64,000 bases of DNA, taken from assembly GCA_000934665.2 (NCBI GenBank), contig KZ538059.1:62001-126000 (forward strand), given 5' to 3'. This document shows positions 52,502-59,828 of this stretch, piece by piece; within the stretch, counting starts at the first letter, position 1; each line of letters opens with the position of its first letter. The position numbers and the translations under genes were made by a program. A model generated the notes under the pieces. The model had not been told where the DNA came from. It made no database searches and saw nothing but the letters and a program-made list of their open reading frames with translations. The stretch is from Catajapyx aquilonaris. Taxonomy: Eukaryota.

Positions 52502-55500
52502 ACACCACCTAATGGAAATATTTTGCATGTCAGCCACATTTTGATTTTCATAGCTTGATGTGAATAATCAATTACAATATTTCCAGCTGTATTTGAAATG
52601 GACTTGGGTGTGTGTGAATATGTTTTCCCAGCCATTGGGTGTTGTCACAGGACTAAAATAATATGAGTCATAGAACAAAGCTAATTATAAGCCGTCAATT
52701 TTTCTGCATTATTAGTTCCTGCAAACGACAGCGAAGGTTTTAATGGGTATAAATCAATAATCAATGCACTAGGCTATTAAAAATAACGAGATCTTGAGTC
52801 ACCTATCCTAATACCTCATTACGAAGCATAATATGGGAACATTTTTCGAACTTGTGTTCTTTACAAAGGGAGCTGTGGCAAGATCTTCTTTCCTTTTCAG
52901 CAGTAGAACTAAAGAAAAATAGTCGAGTGAAAAGCTGGCAGTATAGAAGTTGGGGAGGTTTGAATTGAGGTGAAGCAGAGAAGAACGAGGAACTGACAAT
53001 TAAAAGCGGAAAGCCCTTTACATTGACTCCGATCCGAAGAAGCCAATTTGTGGAGGGTGGGCCGACCAAGAATTTGTTGCGTCATCAATTCTGGGACACC
53101 CCCCTCCCTTGCAAAGCACCGCATCCCTGGAATTGAACACTTGGATTCCCCCAATCCCAACACGGATCCTTTTCCTTACCCCCTCTCTCCCTTACCGATC
53201 TCCCTCCGCAAGATCCTTGTTAGGAATGAGATCCTTCGGAAAGAGGAGGTTTCATCCAAGTGGAAATTGCTGCCGCCTTGAACTATTACACTGCTCCTTA
53301 GCTTTCGTCCCAATTAACACCTGTCATGTCAATCGCCTGATTGCACCACAGACCAAGCCAAGTCTTGCCAGGGTTTTTTTTTTGTTGTGCGTCACGATTG
53401 CATGAATTTTTCACTTTGACAACTGTGCTGCCTACTTTGCCCTTTTGACACCCAACATTTATAGCCACATCGTATACCAGCACCCATAGGACATACAGAT
53501 AAGTTTGCTATCAGAGGTAAATTTTGCAAAGATATTGACTGAGTTCAAGATTTTTATTAATGAAATTAATGAATGCCAAATAGTAGTGAGATATCCATGT
53601 TCATATATGTTTTTAGCATTTATAACAGATTTCTACATATTGACTTCAACTTCAGAGAGTAGGCTACCAACAATTTAGCGTAAAAAATTTAAACTTTGCT
53701 GAAAACATGGTCTAACAAATAATTATCGAATCGTCAGAAAGACGTAGATACATTTTATCTGAGTATATGTTTTAGACCTTTCTAGCCCGGGCATTAATAT
53801 TGCCTGTAAAAATGCTCTGGCGTAAAATCCTAAGCAATTAGAGTTTGCACTTGAGATGTCGAGTGATGCTTACGCAAATTAATGATATCAAGTACGGTAC
53901 TGGAATCTTTATTATGCGTGTTTTAGTATAATATTACGTTGAAAGCTTTTACGTTTAGTGCATAGCTAGCTCGAGTTCATCATCGAATACACTCATTTTA
54001 AAAGCAGCTTTTAATAATCAGCATAGTGCATCAAGCTGGCAATTAAGGCGGTCCTTTTACGGAAATGAAGTGCCGGTCTGCTATAATGCAACTTTCGAGG
54101 AAGTTCTCCAAAAATCCAATATTTTTAAAAAATGGACGCGGACGGCCCAAAATTTTTGCCCATTGTCAGTACAAGTCATGCATATCTGCTCCCGTCTGTT
54201 TATAATGCGTTGTGATGTGTAATATCGTAGCTTACACTCTGATTCACAGGCTCCTAAATTAATTCTCACGGGCCTAATCGAATTTTGGGAGCTGCCAGGA
54301 AAGGAAAGCCTTGCAGGCTCACGTCAGGCAGAACAGCACCAAATCCGCACAAAGTCCCAATAAGTGATGCTTCTCTGTCAGAAAATTTAACAGTATGCCT
54401 TCGTCTCACGTTACTCAAGGAACTTTTATGAAAAATATTTTTCAGCGTAGACTTGCTTCTGAAAATAATAATTGCATCACAATTTTATATTAGTTACTAG
54501 CATTACAATACGTAAATTCTGAGCAACCTCTATCTATTCGAACGGAATGATACATTTTTTCCTGTTTTTCCAACTATTCTGTGTCCTTCAATTTGTTGTC
54601 TTTTTATTGACACAATAAGGATTCATATTTATTGGGATGGCAGTAGGCATAAAGTAGCCTAGGGCTGTAATCAGAAAAAGTAAGCTCCTGCCATGTTTGT
54701 TGCTTATTATTTAATTTAACCATTAATTTAGCCATGGAAGTCAACTCAAAGCGTAAAAATATTTGGTGTTTATGTGCAAGATTTCATCGGGAATCTCATA
54801 TGTGCCAATGGCAATAGTGATTATTAAGTTATCAAGTTTTATTAGTTGAGCCACATGAACACATCACCAGAGCAACTTCCATATGTGCCGCTAATATACC
54901 TTTATTATGTTTACAGGACAATGGTTACATTTGCACAAATACCGTATCACTTCTATAGTACGAGCCAGGCGAAGTTAAACTTTGCCCAATTTTACTTTGA
55001 GTTGCACCGTACACATAGGATATGTGGATATTGTACTGTTCTGTACAGTATACCTTGTAACATCTACCGTGGTCACAAAGCTGATAATCATGTACGTTTG
55101 CACTATTCAAGCCTACATTATTTTTCAGACCTTGGACTATTCTATTGTTTGGAGAAAAAACTTAGTTTTATTTTCGCTTCTGGTATTAAAAATAACCTCC
55201 ACTAAAAATTAGCGAGGAAAATGACAAAAACTATCCTCGCAAAGATCGTTTGCTTGTGACTTGAAGTGGCGAGGTTGAGGTGACTTCCAAAGTGAAAGTG
55301 TTCTGCTGCTATCATGCCAGTCGACCTTGCTGGGTATGAGCACCGATGTGTTCATTCAGTGATGTGCCGATAAGCTTGGCAGGTTGTAGTGTGCGTTCGG
55401 ACGTCGAAGGAGGCAGAGATCGCTTGGTGATTCCCAGGAGCCTAAAGGACAAAATTGGCAGGGGCTGTGACAGCACGGTAGAACAAATATTGCAACATGG

Positions 55501-55929
55501 AGCTTGTTTCAGTAGTAAGTGACAATCCGAGTGTTTTTGTTCTGAAAGACTCCGTAAACATGTAATGCACAGGATGGTCTCAGGGATGCTGGGGACCTGT
55601 TGGTTGATCCTACTGTATATAGATCAGTCTGCGTGACCTTCAGTACTATGGTTCCTTATACCTAATCAAATGCCATTGTGGGAGCCTTTAAAAATCTGGC
55701 ACTCATTCCGAACTCAATGTACATTTTATCAGGGGGAAATGGTGAACGTGTCACTTTTTAACACCCAGTATAATACACATTATAGAAATTGGCAGTAAGA
55801 CGTCTCCACAAAACCGGTATAAACTAATATTATTACATGCCCCCCAATGGCAATCATGCCCAACGGGGTAAAGAAAGAAAGAAAGAAATGAAAATATTAT
55901 TATATATCAAAGAGACATCGCGATCTGCG

Positions 55930-55935
55930 TTTATT
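55930..55935 (-). promoter_or_regulatory. Candidate polyadenylation signal of the zinc-finger gene
   Basis: AATAAA on the minus strand, about 100 nt past the stop codon once the MITE is removed, followed by a U-rich tract (tttcatttctttctttcttt on minus). Confidence 0.5.
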
Positions 55936-55981
55936 ATACAAAGTACCGTACCACGGATGCCTCTAAACACACACAGACAAA

Positions 55982-56355
55982 CAGGGGCGGATCCAAGGGG
56001 GGGGGGGGNGGGGGGGGGGTCACGGGGGTCATGACCCCCCCCCCAAACCATGGAAAGTGAAATATTTTCTAAATTTTTATCTGCAAATTAAGAGGATTTT
56101 TGGGAAAAAGTGCTACCAATTTCATCAAATACTGTACACACCCATTCAAATCTCCTACATTCACCTAAGCTCGTGTGACCTTGAACCCCCCAAAAAATTT
56201 CGCCTGCGGCGCTCTTGCTCCCCGCCCTTTTCGACTTATGCCCCCGCCCCGCCTCGCAAACGCCACCAAGTCTGGTATGGTACAGAACGGTCCGAAAGGA
56301 CAAAGGACCATGACGGCATGACCCCCCCCAAATCGAAAGTCTGGATCCGCCCCTG
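55982..56355. mobile_element. hAT-superfamily MITE (non-autonomous, 374 bp)
   Basis: Perfect 14-bp TIRs CAGGGGCGGATCCA / TGGATCCGCCCCTG and a perfect 8-bp TSD CAGACAAA (55974-55981 and 56356-56363). Subterminal catgacccccccc motifs occur near both ends. An 8-bp TSD with CA..TG termini is typical of hAT elements. Confidence 0.92.
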
Positions 56356-56414
56356 CAGACAAACACATTGATTCATGGTACTAAAATCACAATGTGCCAT
56401 CTTCACAGAGTCTT

Positions 56415-57524
56415 TTAGCGGCGCTTCTTGCAGTATCGGAGAAGGTGCTGCTTGTAGGACTGGGCTGAGGAGAATCCTCTCTTGCAGGGCTTGCAGATGA
56501 ACTGCTTGCGCTTCTTGCAGTATCGGAGCAGGTGCTGCTTGTAGGACTGAAATGAGGAGAATCCTCTCTTGCAGGGCTTGCAGTTGAACGGTTTACGCTT
56601 CAGGTGTGTGTTCTTATGGTCCCTGAAGGCAGAGGCCCTGTTGAACGCCTTGGGGCACCCACGGAACTTGCATTTGTACAGTCCCTGGTGATCCCGTTCG
56701 TGGCGGTTCCTGCTTCCGCTCTGGGTGAACTTGCGGGGCTTGCGCTTCTTGCAGTATCGGAGCAGGTGCTGCTTGTAGGACTGGGCTGAGGAGAATCTTC
56801 TCTTGCAGGGCTTGCAGTTGAACGGCTTGCGTTTCAGGTGGGTGTACCTGTGGCAAGACCTGTGGGCTCTGAAGGCATACCCCCTGTTGAACGCCTTGGT
56901 GCACCCACGGAACCTGCACTTGTAGCGGCTTTTTCCTTGGTGATCTTGCTTGTGGCGATTCCTACTTCCGCTTTGGGTGAACTTCTCGGGGCAGATATGG
57001 CACGTATAAGGTTTATCCTTAGTGTGAACCACCCGGTGCTGCAGCATGTGGCTCCTGTAGAGAAACGCCTTCCTGCATATGTCACACGTTTTTCCTGGAG
57101 GAGGAGGAGAACAAGGGTCTGGCTGATCCTCATCATTGTTCACAGGATCGACCTGCATGATCTCATCCTGTTCGGGTATGGGAGGGTCCACGTCATTCTG
57201 GTCGGGTAGGGGAGGGTCCACGTCCTCCTGGTCGGGTTGGGGAGGGTCCACGTCCTCCTGGTCGGGTAGGGGAGGGACCACGTCCTCCTGGTCTGGTACG
57301 GGAGGCTCCACGACCTCCTGGTCTGGTACGGGAGGCTCCACGTCATCCTGATTGACAGGGACTGGGCCTGGAAGATTATCGCCATGATGAACAACATTCT
57401 CGCCATCTTTCAGACCTTGCAGAATCTCGGAAGTCCCCAAGGCATACACTATGGAACAATACATACCTGCATACACTAAGTTGAATCCATCCTCTTGGTT
57501 TATCGAGATGACCAGAGAGAACAT
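56415..57524 (-). CDS. Zinc-finger protein with a Pro/acidic tandem repeat, four C2H2 fingers, three C2HC fingers and one Cys-less half finger
   Basis: Uninterrupted ORF from the first ATG at 57524 (the track starts at an upstream TTG, 57548) to the stop at 56415-56417, 369 aa. C2H2 fingers: CDIC..HRVVH, CHIC..HKQDH, CRFRGC..HRSCH, CKFRGC..HKNTH. CKPCKR(R/G)FSS(A/F)QSYKQHLLRYC occurs three times. Linkers TKDKPYT and LKRKPFN resemble TGEKPY. A minus-strand acceptor (cttttacctcAG) lies near 57577, and a possible in-frame 51-nt intron lies near 57416-57466, so the N-terminus is uncertain. Confidence 0.85.
   Translation of the reverse strand: MFSLVISINQEDGFNLVYAGMYCSIVYALGTSEILQGLKDGENVVHHGDNLPGPVPVNQDDVEPPVPDQEVVEPPVPDQEDVVPPLPDQEDVDPPQPDQEDVDPPLPDQNDVDPPIPEQDEIMQVDPVNNDEDQPDPCSPPPPGKTCDICRKAFLYRSHMLQHRVVHTKDKPYTCHICPEKFTQSGSRNRHKQDHQGKSRYKCRFRGCTKAFNRGYAFRAHRSCHRYTHLKRKPFNCKPCKRRFSSAQSYKQHLLRYCKKRKPRKFTQSGSRNRHERDHQGLYKCKFRGCPKAFNRASAFRDHKNTHLKRKPFNCKPCKRGFSSFQSYKQHLLRYCKKRKQFICKPCKRGFSSAQSYKQHLLRYCKKRR
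56421..56985 (-). repeat. Recent intragenic duplications within the zinc-finger array
   Basis: A ~75-bp unit (gcgcttcttgcagtatcggagcaggtgctgcttgtaggactg...cttgcagggcttgcag) occurs at about 56421, 56508 and 56743. The larger block at about 56505-56735 duplicates about 56740-56985. Confidence 0.9.
57151..57360 (-). repeat. Coding 30-bp minisatellite of about 6-7 units encoding PP(V/L)PDQEDV(E/D)
   Basis: The + strand unit ggagggtccacgtcctcctggtcgggtagg and variants occur at 57181, 57211, 57241, 57271, 57301 and 57331, with a degenerate unit at 57151. Confidence 0.95.
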
Positions 57525-57942
57525 GATTGTTATTCTTATTCCAAACAATCAATTCTGGTGATCAACAGTCTCGGCCTGAGGTAAAAGATGTGTGGATTTA
57601 ATGGACATATTTCCTCAACTGTCCGTGCCTCACAACGATTTCCACTGGCGCATGGCGGTGGGCACGCCTCATTGTTCAATATTTATTTAAGCTTAGTGTA
57701 TAAAATATAAGTACGTGCGCAATAAAGTTGGACAAGAATTATGTCCAATATACTCTACATTCATGCTTTCCAATGCAAATTTATACGTGTGGATCTCCAG
57801 TAGTAGTTTCATTAATTAATGATAATGATTATTGTGCCATAAAAATTTGAAAGCTGTCCTTTGGGATGCCGCTCGAGATAAGGGGGAGTTGTGGATTCGT
57901 ATGATACTCGTAACGATATGTTCGTCCATAAGTGAAGTGTGA

Positions 57943-58050
57943 GTCAGACATAATTTGTTTCATCATGACGACGCGTCGCCATGATGAAACAAATCATGTC
58001 TGACGCGCAAATTATGTCTGAGGCGGGAGGCGTCGCGACGCCTCCCGCCT
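57943..58050. repeat. Palindrome pair 1: 62-bp loop-less palindrome (2 mismatches) plus 30-bp perfect palindrome
   Basis: gtcagacataatttgtttcatcatgacgacg|cgtcgccatgatgaaacaaatcatgtctgac (57943-58004) and aggcgggaggcgtcg|cgacgcctcccgcct (58021-58050). The spacer caaattatgtctga is a further exact complement of 57944-57957. Confidence 0.97.
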
Positions 58051-58657
58051 ATTCAAACATTTAACAAGAAAGACAAAATAGCAGTCATTGTTTTGTTCAC
58101 AGAAGGAACCAAAGTCATCTTAATATACAGTATTAGCGAATGCAGGTAAAATATAATATGTATGCCGTTAACCTCTCAGTCACTTGCCTACTATTGGTGT
58201 CATGCAAATGTAATTGATCCATTCTATTGGCCTGGAAGAGGCGCGTCTATCAGACTACTTTCATCCTGAAATATTTTACACAATAGAAAGGTGACTACAT
58301 GATTTATGGCAGATCCGTATAGTGCCTGCATTCTTCGATACATTTCGATTGGCTTTGTCTTTTCTATGCCCAAAACCTAAGACATCTCTCTTCTACTTGG
58401 TGCACATCTAAAGGCGCGCCACCGTCTTTGTCCACCTACTGTGTGAGTGACACTCCAGATATCCCAAAATTGCCTGAAGTTATGAGTCCGATATGAATGC
58501 TCAAACCTCTCAAACCTCTCAAACAGTATCATTACAAACTACCTGTAAATAAATAACTTATATAATTATTATATCACTCTTATCTCTTTCATTTGATCCA
58601 TCCTGTATTATAGGCTACACTGGATTAACAACATACTTTAAGGTCAAGGGAATCTAC

Positions 58658-58955
58658 CCTGAAACTTGCATGCAAAGGGGGAGGGTTCACCTGCTAGAAA
58701 GAGAAAAGGCTGGCACTCACTAAGCGCAAAAGGTGAATTGAGACACAGCCAAGCTGACTTTCCCTAGTGAGTGGGATTCTGGGTGATCGTGGCCTACCTG
58801 AAAGAGGGTTGGTTTTTGATCCTTTCACTGGTAAACCGGAGGACCTTATGGAGCTTGTAGACACGCTCCCTTCGAGCTCGAACAGCGGCCCAAGACTGTT
58901 TACAACTTGCATTGCTTAGTTACTTAAATCGATCGTGATAATGATGCATTTTAAT
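58658..58955. repeat. ~290-bp direct repeat, copy 1
   Basis: Aligns with 59537-59828. The 142-bp core (58767-58908) has only 3 substitutions and the flanks are more diverged. Confidence 0.95.
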
Positions 58956-59418
58956 ATTGTTCAGATGTCTACCACTCATTCCTAGCTTGAAAGGATCATG
59001 CTGGGATCATGGTTACAGTCACCATAGCATTGGGAGGATGAGAGTATGGATGTTACATGTTGTGAGCCATCATCTCTGTGAAAGTACAGTACATAGCCAA
59101 TAGGGAGCGGATATAGGTGGACGTCTGGCTCATTGTGGCTCCTCTGACTGCCACAGTTAGGAAGTCGAGGGAGTCGTGGGGTGGGTGTTGGACACAGGAG
59201 GAGCTTAACGCGCAAAGACCTCTAAGACATTCGTTGGAGGATCCGACGCCAAGGTAGCGAGGGTGCATCCTACCGCTATTTCCTCGCCATGATTCCCACT
59301 GGTGGTGGACAGGCTCCACATTGTTCAAAATTTATTGATAGAAAATTTAACCACAGCGGGCAATCAAGTTAGACGAGAATATGGCATAATTAGATGCATT
59401 CTTCCCCATGTAAATCTA

Positions 59419-59489
59419 CATGTGGATCCTCAGCACCCATGGGTGCTGAGGATCCACATGCAGATAACTGTTACTGCAGTAACAGTTAT
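59419..59489. repeat. Palindrome pair 2: 42-bp and 26-bp perfect loop-less palindromes
   Basis: catgtggatcctcagcaccca|tgggtgctgaggatccacatg (59419-59460) and ataactgttactg|cagtaacagttat (59464-59489). Confidence 0.97.
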
Positions 59490-59536
59490 TATACGTACAT
59501 TGGGGGTGACAAGCCAAAGGCCTACTAAAAACATAA

Positions 59537-59828
59537 CCTGAAACATGAATGCAAAGGGTTCTCCTGCTGGCAAGAGAGAAGGCTGGCACCCACTTAAACG
59601 CAAAATGTGACTTGAGACACGGCCACTGACTTTCCCTAGGTGAGTGGGATTCTGGGTGATCGTGGCCTACCTGAAAGAGGGTTGGTTTTTGATCCTTTCA
59701 CTGGTAAACCAGAGGACCTTATGGAGCTTGTAGACACACTCCCTTCTAGCTCGAACAGCGGCCCAAGACTGTTTACAACTTCCATTGCCTAGTTACTCAG
59801 GTGGATCGTAACAATGGTACATTTTAAT
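59537..59828. repeat. ~290-bp direct repeat, copy 2
   Basis: Aligns with 58658-58955 from cctgaaac..atgcaaaggg through cattttaat. Confidence 0.95.

Noticed and set aside
55412..55523. RLVIPRSLKDKI, resembling the start of a Gypsy integrase zinc-binding region
   Set aside because: The following His and Cys residues are absent and no RT, RNase H or LTR sequence is visible. It is too short to support.
57151..57360. CRISPR-like array
   Set aside because: The 30-bp units are contiguous with no unique spacers and lie in frame within a eukaryotic ORF, so this is a coding minisatellite. The other ORFs across it are shadows.
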